Source: Octopus sinensis (taxonomy: Eukaryota). From it: a DNA stretch of 64,000 nt. The stretch spans positions 1,054,001-1,118,000 of the forward strand of contig NC_043005.1 in NCBI RefSeq assembly GCF_006345805.1. The letters are read 5' to 3'. A program made the position numbers and the translations under genes. Within the stretch, counting starts at the first letter, position 1, and the number at the start of each line of letters is the position of its first letter. The notes under the pieces are model-generated. The model searched no databases. It was given only the letters and a program-made list of their open reading frames with translations, and was not told where the DNA came from. Below are positions 1-12,652 of the stretch, in pieces.

Positions 1-399
1 GTTCATAATGAATGTGTGCACGTGCATGCACACACACACAGAAATGCAACTCCATTCTTTCAATTTTGACAAAATTTAAAAGAACAAAATCATGAGATCA
101 AAATAAGAAATTAGAGAAGTGAAAATAAAAAGAAACCAAAAGCAAACAAATTTGAAGGGGTTGTAAAATGAATATATAAGAAAATTAGCATAAACATAAA
201 CAAAATACATTTATTGTTAACGCATTCCTTATTCTAGTGTGTATGTGTGCATGTGCATTCATGCACACTTGATTTTTAATTTAAAGAAATTAAATCTTCT
301 CTTAGAAATTGACTCCTTTTATAAATAAATAAATAATTTTGTAAGCCATGTATAAAAGAATAATTGTTGTGATTCGATTTGTAGCCAACCACAAAAACG

Positions 400-510
400 G
401 ATTGGGGTTCAATTAGTCGAACCAATTGCAGTATATTACTGGAACTATTTTATCAAACCAAAGTGATGAAAGGCAAGGTCACTCTCTGACAAGGATTGAA
501 CAAAGAACAA
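400..510 (-). mobile_element. Decayed tRNA-derived SINE fragment (family A, core TTGCCTTTCATC...GATAAAATA...)
   Basis: Reverse complement carries ttgcctttcatc and gataaaatagttccag, as in the better copies at 31.5-32.3 kb and 38.1 kb. Confidence 0.55.
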
Positions 511-1149
511 TGAGGTTTCAAGAATAAAACTCAGAAAGCATTGAATCTTCTTTGCTAGTGTTGTTTATGATAAATCTACTTTTTTATATGGCAATACAGA
601 TTTATTTTTAGATTGGAACAAAACCATAAATTTGTAGAAGACAAGCATTGTCAACTGGACAGACTCTAGTACATGCATGTCAATCTCAGATGATGAGTGA
701 CTGGCCACAGCAACCCACATAGGATTGAACCTAGAACCCAATGATCTAAACTAATAATGTTAGATTTTTAATCTGCTGCATTACTTCATCACTTTCTGTG
801 TCAAAAAACAGAAAAAAAAAGGAAATGGTAGGAGAATGAAAAATAAATAACAAAAATCAAAAAAAGGTTTAACAAATATTTCCAAAATATAAAAAAATAA
901 AGAAAACAGTAAATATGTTGATAAAAAGAAAGTAAAAACCACTTCAATTGCACCAAGATGCAGTCAAGTTGAAAAGAATTAAGAAACATTCAGAAGGAGA
1001 GGGAAACAAGGCAGCAAATTTGGAAGCAATTCAAATCAAATATTTCATTCTCAAGCAAAAGAATGCAAAGCATTTTTGGTGGGTTTTAAAAAAAAATTTC
1101 ATCTTAAAACAGACACAGAAAAGAGCATTGGAGAGAATATTCCACACAA

Positions 1150-1151
<2 letters not shown>

Positions 1152-1187
<36 letters not shown>
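1152..1187. repeat. (ATT)n microsatellite
   Basis: Perfect ATT run directly upstream of a SINE head. Confidence 0.95.
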
Positions 1188-1188
<1 letters not shown>

Positions 1189-1385
1189 GGGCCATGTGCT
1201 GGCAGAATCATTACAATAAAGGACAAAATGCCTTGAGGTAATTAATTATTCCACTTTTTTCTGAGTTCAAATCCCACCACGGTTGATTGCCCTTTATCCT
1301 TCCACAGTTGATAAAATAAGTACAAACCAACTAGGGTTGACCTAATTGACCATTCCCTCCCTTAGAGTCGAATTTTCCCTTTAAA
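1188..1385 (+). mobile_element. tRNA-derived SINE, family A
   Basis: A-box-like tggcagaatc, B-box gagttcaaatcc, core ttgccctttatccttcc..gataaaataagtac. Confidence 0.75.
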
Positions 1386-2796
1386 CTCTTGAATATTTAT
1401 GAAAGAGATTATGAAGGACAAGGTTTACTGACCAGTGCCGTAGAGGATAATAACTTTAGTCTTCAGCATCCTCTAAGAACATACTAAAGGAGCCAGAGGA
1501 TGAGAGTTATCTGTACAATGTTGTTTGTACTTATTTGATCAACTTACACATTAATAGAAAAATAATGTTGAAAGTAAAAAAAATCAATAAAAGTGGTTTT
1601 GAACTTAAAAATGAACTTTGATGGTGTTGCCTGGCCAATTGAGTTCTTTACTAATTATACAAACAACACATCAGGAACAACAAGTGTGAAACTGCACCAA
1701 CAAGGGAACCTTTATACAGTTGTTTGCCTTGCTAGGAATAGCAGCTGATTTTCTCTCAATGGATACCCTACCAGCTGAAAAAGGCACCCAGAAAATGAGC
1801 CATAGACACAAAAATATAAATGATTATTGTGGGTGTGCTGAGTCATAGCTAACCTGAAGTTAAGGAATGTCTACCAAAATAATTTGGATAACTTGTACAG
1901 GAAAACTAAAATTTACATTCACTAACCCCCATCTTCCAGCAGTGTCACGATGGCAAAGAAACAGGTGGAATGAAAAATAGATAAAATTGCCTTTACTTAA
2001 AAGAAAAGGCTTCAAAGAAAGAATCAGAAACTGTAGGAAGACTTGGCTAATTAGGGATCAACTTTCATTTTAGCAGTGTGTGCTCAAGTAAATACTAAAA
2101 TAGATATTGTTGACATCATAAGAATTTATTAACTTTAAGAGAGCATGAAATAATTCTTTTTTTGAACAGTGGATCTAGAAGCACATAAAGCTATAAATAA
2201 TAGCATGGAAATTTTGGGCTAAGGAAACCCTTTAAATTGAAAAAGTTAACAGCTGCCTAAGGTATGCAAACTCACATCACCTGTAAACAGATGTTCTGTC
2301 ACGAGTAGCCTTTTACCTTTTTCTTTCCAAAGATTTGCTTTAACCCAGTATTTACATGCTGTTATTTACAGTGTTATGTGCTTCAAGATCCACTGTTCCA
2401 ATATATATATATGGACAACATTTTTGATTAAAAAAAAAATCTATAATAAAAGAAAAGAAAGGGAGCAACTGTGGGACAAAATGAAAAAGACGAAGAGAAG
2501 AATCGTTTAAAATGATTATAGATTTTAAGAGAGTCAAAGAAAAATGGCCAGTGGGAAGAGATCAATGCAACATCAGTCAAATATTGATTCTTTTAGCTAT
2601 CTCAAAATTAAACAACAATTCACATACAAGTAGAAGAGATCATCTCAGTTGGTGACCCCACCCCTAATGAGAAGCACCCAACATTAATCCTGTTGGTGTG
2701 AAACAATTGGAAAAGAAGCAAATGGCATTCATGGCCTTTTCAATGGCAATAATAATAATAATATAAATCAGTTGAAATTGTAATAAACTGTACTTG

Positions 2797-2840
2797 TCCA
2801 ACCCATGCTAGCATGGAAAGCGGACTCTAAATGATGATGA
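2797..2840 (+). mobile_element. 44-bp 3' tip of RTE LINE family with TSD
   Basis: tccaacccatgctagcatggaaagcggac..aaatgatgatga matches the RTE 3' end at 63128-63181. Flanked by the 8-bp direct repeat tgtacttg (2789-2796 and 2841-2848). Confidence 0.85.
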
Positions 2841-3039
2841 TGTACTTGCTTAAAAACTTATGACCACATACTTGTCATGCGCACACACACACACACATTT
2901 ACATTATGTAAACATTTTTTGAGGTAGAGAGAGAATATATGTAAGTGGAGCTGCTCCTGGGTTACTGGCTCAGTTGATAAGGTGTTTCCTGACTGGCTGC
3001 TTTAAAAGCTGTCACTGGTACACGGAGTCACAGAACTAT

Positions 3040-3290
3040 AAAGAGGTACCACACAACAGGAACAATTCCCCACCAAATAGTGACAGTGTTATTAACCTGA
3101 CAACACACTTCAGCTTCCTGTCCATAAATCTTCTTGCTGACTTTTCTCTCTACTCTTATACAACCACTATCATGGCCTGGTTCACTTCAGCCCACCTCCA
3201 TTCAGGCAACCCTACTTCTATGTCTCTCCTCTTTTGTCATGCATATTATATCCAAATTAGGTCCACTAACAACTATTCTGAGAAGGTGAA
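3040..3290 (+). pseudogene. Highly decayed CR1/L2-group LINE ORF2 3' fragment
   Basis: Frame-shifted peptides such as DSVINL, LLYNHYHGL and HAYYIQIRSTNNYS resemble the C-terminal region of CR1/L2-group ORF2. Confidence 0.45.
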
Positions 3291-4632
3291 GCAAACAGTC
3301 CCTTCTGTCAGTGCAACCAAAACACAAAAGTGTTTCATTAACTTGCAAAGCGATGACCCCCTTCCAAGTTAAATTTACTCTATAAGAAAGCCTTCAGTGT
3401 CTTCCTCTGACCAAATGCATTATAGGACTTTGCTGTCGCTATGCTTAAGCATTCAAATACAAAAAGAAAGCTAAGATTAATGTGATACAAAGGTTGAAAT
3501 TGAACCCACATCTTCTAAAGAGTATACAAGTACAAAAACTTTATCTTTTCTATTCAACTTATTATTCATTACTTTTCAATGTTATTCATAATAACTCTGA
3601 GTATTGACAAAGTACAATTTCCTGATTTTTATCTGTCTTGGAAGATTTTATGTTAAATGTTAGCTCAAGTATTGAACACCTAATTTAAGAATTTCTGCTG
3701 AATTTATGTAAACTACATAAACTTAAAATAAACTGACTCCCATCACTACATAATTATCAGAAACAAGTACCCTACACCAAGGTGAACCCTTATTTACGTC
3801 TACTCTGAACAAGAGAGGATAGAAAAGTGATAGCTGTTTCCCAGAATGGTGTGTCTGAACTACGTAAAACAGTTGATGGGACAGCTACAGTATATATTTC
3901 CAAATGTTAACTACTGAAATAGAGATAGGGGATAATATGTATTTCACATTTCTAATGTTTAGTAAAGTTACATTAAAATGAGTAGAGACTTATATTGGAG
4001 GGTCCAGCTGTGATGCTTAGATCAACAGTTGAACAAGTTTAACCATTTAGCCACATGTCTTTAGAAAATTATATTATGCAATGCTCTCTTGTAATCTGCA
4101 GCAGGCAGGCAGGAAGTCACATGCCGAGCTAGCAACTTTACCTACCTTCAGGAAGGCTTTGGCCTTGTGGACAACAAAACAACATTTCATTGGTTATGTA
4201 TAGGAAAAATACAATATCAATAACAAAAAGGTAAAAGAAAAAAGAAAACAAAAAGATGATGAAACCATTTCTCTTCTTAGTGTAGTTTGGTTTGGTTGAC
4301 AACTAAGTAATAGCTATTTTGTATTCTGGCAGAATCTCAACTCCAAAAGCTCTTTTCATTGTACAGAGCAAACTCCAGTTGACTGAAGGTAGAGAAGGAA
4401 TTAAGAGTGAATCTCAAAATCCAATCTTTGAGGACACACTGCAACTAATAAACAATTATTGGTGGTGTGACAAAAAGTTGTTGATGAGCAAAGTCAGCAA
4501 CCACAATCGGTGCCATTTCACACTCCACATTTTGCTACTGTACTTGGGAATGGCAATTAATGCTGAAAATTCCCATTTTATATTTTCGGTATTTATGCAA
4601 ATTTATGAAATCATTATAAATCATCATCCTCA

Positions 4633-4633
<1 letters not shown>

Positions 4634-4690
<57 letters not shown>
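4634..4690. repeat. (ATT)n microsatellite
   Basis: Perfect ATT run; source of the poly-Ile in ORF 4319-4699. Confidence 0.95.
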
Positions 4691-4692
<2 letters not shown>

Positions 4693-5802
4693 AAATTGAG
4701 TTAAGAAATAGGTTTCAATTTCTAAAAGTATTTTCAGATTGCAATTAGTTGACAACTTGATTTTAGATGGGTGCAAACCTGTGCTTCTAACTGCCATGCT
4801 GGGTCTGTGGAAAACATTAAAGATTAGTACTGGCTAAATTGACCAGCATCTATGCAGGTTTAGATGCTGGTCAATCAATAGTTTAGTGGTATTGCCATAA
4901 ATGTATGGTCCTGAGCATCAAGATGCACATCCAGTTTAGCTGAAACTTAAATATTGGGTTCTCAGTGAGTAATAAAGATATTAGAACAACATGTTGCTTT
5001 CCCAAGCCGTCCTCTGTATTAGTGAGTTTAAAGATGTTTGTGTGTGTATGTGTGTGTGTGCACATGTGTATAAATACACATATATATGCACACATGTGCA
5101 TACATACCAATTAAAAAAGTTACATAACCCACCCACCTCCATGAAGTGTGTTTAACAGGACACACGGAGAGACATGCTCAGAGATTACAAAAAATATTTT
5201 ACGGGTTTTTGTGTTTTTTATTCCTTCTATTTTGGGGCTAAATTTGATTTTACAGTAAGTGGGAGCATGAGTAACCTAATCTACTTTATTACATGGAGAT
5301 GTCCCAGTGTTCTACAAATCAATGAGATGAAAGGTAAACTTATCCACACACACACACACATGAACCAAACTGAGCAGCAGACTATTGGTAAATACTAATC
5401 AGTTTGGTTTATGGTTAATCACTTGAATGTTTAAATCGTAGAAGCCCATGGCACAGACAACAAATCAGGTGAAGTTCTCTATGTTTCACTTAACTGAGGG
5501 ACAATGTGTCCCAAGTTGTAGAACTTAAAAGCATGATTTCCATTTTGATACATGAGGAAAGCACCGGCCACTACATTAAGCTGCTGGTATTGCTTAACCA
5601 CAAGTCACTTGTGGCTTATATAGACAAGTGCTGCTGCAGACTGGGCAACAGCACTGAGGTTCTATTGTGAACTTGCAACCGAACCAACTATGACAGTTTC
5701 TTCATGTTGAGATATTCTTTAGCTAACTTCAGCTTAACTGCTGACTGCAAACTACAAGGGCAGACTGCTTCATTACAAAACGAAATTTAGTTAGCATCCA
5801 GT

Positions 5803-5957
5803 CAAGATTGCAGCTGGGGGGGGGGGGGGGGCAGTAGGAATGGTCCATCCTGGGTGGCACTTTTGAGTCTGCTGTAGACAATGTGCTTTTTGTGGGGCCC
5901 AGGGGTGGCAAAATGGAAGGGCTGCTCTGGGCAGCACACACTCTAGCTACATTAGTG
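5803..5957. mobile_element. Possible decayed hAT-type MITE
   Basis: GC-rich island with degenerate termini (caagattgcagctggg / ctctagctacattagtg, ~11/17 complementary), a poly-G run and an internal repeat (cctgggtggcac / ctgggcagcac). No TSD seen. Confidence 0.35.
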
Positions 5958-6412
5958 AGCTCAGCCTAACAAAAAAAGTGATTGATTCATTAGGAAGACA
6001 GAGACTGAATAAAATTTCTGAAAAAATGATGCCTGATGCTACAATGTTAGAAGAATTATTTCAGATAGTTTAAAGAAGAGAGTGCTGGAGCCAGTAATTC
6101 ATTTGCATCTGATGGCTGTAAGTCAGTGCCAGGATAATTAAGAAATAATGACAATTAGAGAAGACTGGAGAAAGAGATCCATCAATTGTTGTTAGTATTG
6201 GGAATTGAGTCTTGGGATCTTTAATGTCTGAAGAGGGGCACAGAACAATTTGCTGAAAGGTAACCAGGGTGTAGCTGTAGTTTAGGATGTGTGTGTGTAT
6301 ATATATATGTGAGTGGCAGGGCAAATGATGTCACATAGCTTCTACACTCTGTGCTACAAGAATAGAATGTAAGGGGGGGGGGAGTAGGTGTGTAATTGAT
6401 GTAAACAATGAT

Positions 6413-6452
<40 letters not shown>

Positions 6453-7240
6453 CTAACACACACACTCACACACAGTGTAAAACAAGAACAAACAACAAGT
6501 CCTCTACAAAGCATAAATGTTAACAGCAAACAGCAACAAAAAGGCTCTAAAAATTGTAGCTGCATTTATTTGTTTATATATTTATTATTATTATTATTTT
6601 TTGGTGGGGTTTCCAGCATTTTTTTTTCTTTTCTTTTAGTTTAAAGCACAACAAATCAATGGCTTGGAAGTTAAGAAAAATGTGTAATACATAAACAACA
6701 ACAACCATGGCACAAGACTAGGAGGATGCCTAGTGGGGTGGCGGGGAGGTTAAGGGTGAAAGGTTAAGTGTGAAACCACTTGTTATTATGTGTGGTGGTT
6801 GTTTGCTGTATGTTTGTAGACATTATACTGCTACCTTCAGGGAATTAATGCTGAACAAGAGCAATTGTATTGCATCTGCCTGTAAAAAGACAAACATTCA
6901 CGTTTTTTGGTTTTATTTGGAACCAGAGACATTGCAGACATTGGGTAAGGGGAGGGGGATGGTGATGGAAACAAGAGTGGGGGGGTGAGTGGTGGTGGAA
7001 AAAGAGAGAGAGAGACAGAGAGAGGTGGTGGTAAGAGAGAGAGATAGAAAGAGAGACAGATAGAGGTGGTGGTAAGATGAGGCAAGAAACATCAATCTTA
7101 TGAATCAGGAAAACAAATTATTTGGAGAAGTATTGGAAATGGGGTGGGAGGTGAGGGTGCATTAGATTCAATAACATAACATTATAATTAGATAAGCATA
7201 GTGTGTGTGTGTGTGTGTATACATGCACACATACTCATAA

Positions 7241-7269
<29 letters not shown>

Positions 7270-7271
<2 letters not shown>

Positions 7272-7450
7272 ACAGGCTTGCATATACCAAACTCACTGAA
7301 GGGGTACTGACCAGCATGAGCTACAGTAGAAACTTGCCCAGGAAGAGTTTCAAAGATCGGCTGAAATGCCAACTGACCCAAGCAAGGACAGACCCTACAG
7401 AGTGGGAATGAGTTACAGCCCAGAGGGAGTTGTGGCCAGATTAAGGAGCA
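7270..7450 (+). pseudogene. RTE (BovB-like) LINE ORF2 C-terminal relic
   Basis: Translates RLAYTKLTEG...RNLPRKSFKDRLKCQL...DPTEWE, resembling the RTE ELxxGxRxxGRPxKRFKD motif. Confidence 0.5.
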
Positions 7451-7619
7451 TACATAAGTTATAAATATCAACAGATACAGTAAAAACACACACACACACA
7501 CACAAAAAAGATTCCGCTTCCATCCCTGGGGTGGTAACAATTGATCTGTTATTGAGTTGCTCATTCCTCAAAATAATTCTCAATGATATTTCTATTTCTA
7601 TTTTTAATTTCTTAACAAG

Positions 7620-7986
7620 ACAAGATGAAATCATTCTGAAATCGTAGTCGTGGCCGATGCTGGTGGCACATAAAAGGCACCATTCGAGCATTGGGTCTCA
7701 CGAAGATAGTGACAGATGACCGAGACTTTTGGTGATATACGATGCTTCAGAAGACTAGTCAAACCAAGTGAGATTGTAGTTGTGGCCGATGCCGGCATCA
7801 CATAAATGGTGTGTAAAAAGCACACACGACACTCTTGGAGTGGTTGGTGTTAGGAAGGACATCCATCCATAGAAACTATGCCAAATCAGATTCGAACCTA
7901 GTGCAGCTCCCTGGCTTACCCGTTTTCAGTCAAACCATCCATGCCAGCATGGAAAATGGACGTTAAATGATGATGGTGATGATGAT
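7620..7986 (+). mobile_element. Non-autonomous rearranged derivative of the RTE 3' end
   Basis: Order is UTR subrepeat, ORF2 tail (homologous to GLTxAMTxDRDLW), UTR subrepeat, conserved 3' end, (ATG)n tail. Confidence 0.85.
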
Positions 7987-10539
7987 AAAGAAAAGTGGGA
8001 CAGACAAACAAACCATCAACAAAGTAACTAACGAGAACAGTTAATTGGTTTAGTAATAAACTTTAACAGAAATATTCAGCAAACACTGGCAGTTGAACTT
8101 GTAAAAATGATTGTTATTATTAATTAATTAATTATTATTATAGGTGTTGTTGCACTAGAAGCCATAGTATGAAAATTAGTTCTCGGTGAACTGGCTCTAG
8201 TTTCTAGGATTTCTACTTTTCATTCCCAATTAGATTGGTTTCATAAAATATAATTATTTTAATTATTGGGAAATGTAGTGGCTAAGTGTCAGTGGTATTT
8301 ATTGAGCTACAATCCCAGCGGCAGGGCTTGAGGTTGTAGGCCACTGCAGATATGGTATTATATTACAAAACAAAATAGTTTGTTAATAAAGGTATTTTTT
8401 GTCAAATCAAGAAGAATCAACTAAAAAACCAAAATATTTACATTATTGCTGCACCGTAAAAAGGAACAATGATGTAGTGGCAATTTCCTTGAAAACCATG
8501 TCAGCAACTCAGTTTCGATGGACATTTTCGAACAGATTTGACATTTCATAATCTTCAGTTTTGCTGCTACCATATTGTGAATTCTGAGCACTGCCATATA
8601 ACAGCAGCAAGATTTTGATAATCTAAGTCTGCAATCTGATTGCAAATCTCAACTAGGATTATCCCCACTTCTATACGAATTGTGCTTAAGAGAATAACAA
8701 AGGTTTATTTCCTCTTTCACCTTTGTGATTTTTCATGTCCTCATTGTTGTAATTTTTATCATTTCTACTATCATTTAGTCTTGCTTACTCGTTAGCTAAT
8801 TGAGATTAAAAAGAAAGAACAATTATAAGAAAACCAAACAAAAGATATCATGCTAACAGACAAACATGTTTCTTTTCCTCTCCTATTTTCCTGAAAATCT
8901 GGAATTAGTGAAGCATAAATTAAACCTGAAATGAAATAATGGAAAAACATGTAGCCATCTAAATAAAGAAAAGAAAAGAAGGAACATGTCCTTCCTCCCA
9001 GACCAAATAATATTACTGGTTAGCTTTCAACAGCTAACAACCAAGAATCAAATCCTTGTAGTGTAAGTAAGAATAATTTCCAATGTTGTTCTCATGAAAT
9101 CCAACTCTAATCGCATTTTACATATATTGTTGACTGCAGACAGAGGCTGGACAAATTGGTTGAAATAATGTTGCATTAATAAGGAGCAAAGTGATTAATG
9201 AAGACAGTGTAGTGCACCTAAATTGCAACTGCACACAATAAAATGCAGTAATGTGTGCCAAGAAGTTGCAGCCAGAGCTGAAACATTTTGAAGTTCTCCT
9301 TAACAGCTTACTTAACTGTATAAAGTTGCTGAGGTTTACTTAGTTATAGAAGTAGCTAGTGAAGGCAAGAGATTAGAAAGCAGCTGTCTTAACCATTTTC
9401 ACTATTAATAACATATCATCAGTCAAATATTTCATAAATCGGATAACCAATTGGTCAACATTTCCAGACGATAATTTCACAGAAATAGACCATCTGTGAA
9501 GGGTACATTAGTATAGAACCATTTCTATAATTAGTCCAGACCTTCCACTCCATGTCATGGGGACTTATTTTATTGATTCTAGTGAAATTTGAACCAGAAA
9601 ATGTGTAAGTGGATAACAGAAACGTCTGATTTGGCCATCTACACAGAATAATCACAATTTTATTTGTAACAATGAGATTTTGCTTAGAAAGAAATGGAAT
9701 TTATCGATACATACAAGAACAATTTATTTGAAAGTTGTATTGATTCTAGTCTAAAATGCATCAACAACCTTGGCAAAAAGGACTCATCCATGTGCACATA
9801 CAAAGTACACATGCATAAAACATATGTGCATGGTGGCACACACACACACACACACACATCCTTTGATGTCATGGTTGAATAACACTGAATAAATAACACA
9901 AGCTGCATGTAGCAACCAAGGCTGACAGTAACATTCCAAACTCATCATTTAATGTTACTATCAACACAAATGAACTTACTTTAACAATGATGACATACTT
10001 TGCAGACAAAACTCTTGATTTCTTTATTAAGAGTATACAGTAACACACATCATCATCATCTCAATAGATACTCAAAGTATGTTTTTGATATTATTCCCTG
10101 TTAATTTTGAAAGCTTTTGTAATCAGTCAGCGTATCCAACTGATTCTTACCCAGTAACCTATAATACCCTGGATACCTGTGGACACACTTGCATAGCTGA
10201 CATAACTTTGTAGCAAATATGTGTTTTTATCACAAAATCCAGAGAACACATTATCACACATTCACTGAGATACAGACATTACATATAGCATTAAACACAG
10301 ACTACAAACATTATAGATAATACCTGTTGCATGTACACCACTTGCCTGCATGAGCATCTCTAAATAAATATAGCAGAGAAACTCACACGTAGGATAGATT
10401 ACATAGCAGTAGACTTTATGTCATAACTAAATGACACAAGGTCAGTAGTTGTACTAGTAGACACAGAAAAGATAGGCCATTTCTTTCTCAGTTATTTTAT
10501 ATTTGATGATAAAGTGTCCTCATTAATCCAACCATCAAC

Positions 10540-10740
10540 TTGTGGCGGTCTAAATGAAGACAGAGATTTCTCTACCATGAATCTGCAGTGATTCTTTATT
10601 CCAGACTTGCTTTATTTTCTGCCAGTTTTCTCTTCAGATATTATCACAATGTTTGGTATCCTCAAAATAGAAATACCCAAGGAATCCGAGATTAAATCTA
10701 TTAAACTTTATTATACTAAAATCTCAACCATTCTCTCAAC
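10540..10740 (-). pseudogene. Possible very old L1/Tx1 RT relic
   Basis: Minus-strand peptide FLGYFYF...ENWQKIKQVWNKESLQIHGREI resembles Tx1 'LGIxF...NW...W..R.LSLxGR'. Stops present. Confidence 0.3.
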
Positions 10741-10871
10741 TTCATGACAATATCAACATTATTTCTTTTACAATAAAAAATTTAACATGATGGTTGTGAT
10801 TAATATGATTTAGCATTCCACCACCACCACCTCCTCCTCCTCCTCCTCCTCCTACTACTACTACTACTACT

Positions 10872-11100
10872 TGCAGATGATGTAGCATCTGTATGGCATG
10901 CTGATCTGGGTTGGATGGTTTGATTGGATCCAGCAGGCTTTAGTAGTGAGTCAAGCTGCAGCATCTGTTTCAGCATAACTTTTACGGGTGGATGCACTTC
11001 CTAGCACCGTCCATTTTTTTCATTTCATTGGCACTGGTGAGGTCACCAAGTACCTTGTAAAACGAAGACACCCCCCACCCGCTTGACTGAGTTGTGTGGG
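10872..11100 (-). mobile_element. Decayed RTE-tail-type short repeat
   Basis: catgctgatctgggttggatggtttga...ggtggatgcacttcctagcacc matches the RTE 3' UTR family. Preceded by a compound (CCA)(CCT)(ACT) microsatellite at 10818-10871. Confidence 0.6.
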
Positions 11101-11651
11101 GATTTGAGGGAGGCTGCTAATGCCAGATGTTGAAAGGGATATGAACAGGTGCTTTCCTGCAAAGGGGACACATAGAAAGAGAGAGAGGATGTGTTAGGAC
11201 ATAACCACAAGGTGCAAGAGGGTGAATGTGTGTGTGTGTGGGGGGGGATTGAGATAGAAGTGTAGGTAAGTTTGGAGGAATGTAAGGTGAGTAACAAATG
11301 GAAGAAATATGGGGATATGGATGACACAGTGAATGGTATGGTCAATGGCGAAAACTAGTTTGGGGGGAGTGAGGAAAGTGGAGGAAATAGGAGTGGATAA
11401 GAGAGGAGGAGGAGGAGGCACTGTACTTTGTACTTTTAGAGCCATGAGAAATAAGATACCTTACTTGAAAAGCAGATAGGACTTAGTATCAAACTGCAAA
11501 CCAATGTCGAACCCATGCTTATAAGGGTCAGATGGAATTTGTTGAGACAGATTTTCTGTGGCTAGATACAGTTCCTGTCACTAATCCTCATTTGTTTCAA
11601 GACACTCATTTACAACTGTCACATCATGTTAAAACACACACGTACACATAT

Positions 11652-11820
11652 GACAGGCTTCGTTCAGTTTCTGTCAACCAAATCCATTCACAAAGCACTA
11701 GTCAGCCTGGGGCTAGAGTAGCCGACATGTTTGTCCAAGCGTGTCTTCTACAGTGACACTGAACCTGACACCACATGGTTGGGCAAACGAACCTTTTACC
11801 CTAAAACAGCCATACCTGCA
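11652..11820 (-). mobile_element. tRNA-derived SINE, family B (CORE-like)
   Basis: Reverse complement: gcaggtatggctg head, caggttcagtgtcactg B-box region, agacacgcttggacaaacatg core-like segment. 3' part homologous to 43784-43956. Confidence 0.7.
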
Positions 11821-12014
11821 TCTATAATATACAGTAAGTATTGACTTTGATGACCTTTCAAAAGAAGCCAGGGGAAGTATTGTAAGGAGATCTGAATTCA
11901 AGGCTGTTTGCCATTTTTTCAATCAACAGAGAAATAGTTAAATTTGCTATATTTGTATGTCTACTACATAGACTTTTATATATCTAGACAGAAGGTATCA
12001 ATAATAGGAGAGGG

Positions 12015-12125
12015 ATTTGTTGATTAAATTGACCCTGTAATTGTCTGTTACTTTATTTTACTCATTCCATAAGGATGAAGGGCATAGTTGACCATGGCAA
12101 CATATAATTCAGAATGTAAAGACGA
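12015..12125 (-). mobile_element. Decayed SINE family A fragment
   Basis: ggatgaagggcatagttgacc...aattcagaatgtaaag is the reverse complement of the family A core and B-box region. Confidence 0.55.
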
Positions 12126-12566
12126 AACCTTTAATGGAAGCACAGATTGGGAGGCAGCAATGAAAATTCCTGTTTCAATGTGAATTAAATGTTCCCTTTG
12201 TTTGGTTTCTAGCTTCAGTTATTCAGCTTGATTGGAATGCAACCTGAAGATTAAAGACACACATCTGGTTCTTATATTAGCAATCAGGTAAAATACAAAC
12301 ACTTGTATATGGAGTCACTTGACTAAGAAAAACTATATAGCTGCAGAGAGAGAACAATAGAGTTTGAAATACAACAGAGTGGTTTCAGTTCTGTGATAGC
12401 TTTCCTTTAAAATAAAGACCAAACTTTTATATATATTTCACTTCACTTGAATGTAAAAACAATAATAAACATGAGAAGCAGAAGAAAATCTATCAAAACA
12501 AGTCTAGTATTTATTTCTCACTACAATAAATGTAATGCGTAAAGGAAAAATGCCACACCTATACTT

Positions 12567-12586
12567 TATATGTATATATATGTGTA

Positions 12587-12650
<64 letters not shown>
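12567..12650. repeat. (TA)n/(TG)n microsatellite
   Basis: Direct reading. Confidence 0.95.

Positions 12651-12652
<2 letters not shown>

Noticed and set aside
6065-6117. 53-nt plus-strand exon-like segment ending in gtaagt
   Set aside because: Weak pyrimidine tract, unrecognisable peptide and no partner exon.
6222-6280. CTGAAGA...GAAA hammerhead-like spacing
   Set aside because: No UH triplet at the required position, no helix I and a poor helix II; compatible with chance.
8510-8680. Possible hAT dimerisation-domain relic (ILSTAI*...DFDNLSLQSDCKSQLG)
   Set aside because: Similarity is too weak, there are several stops, and no termini support it.
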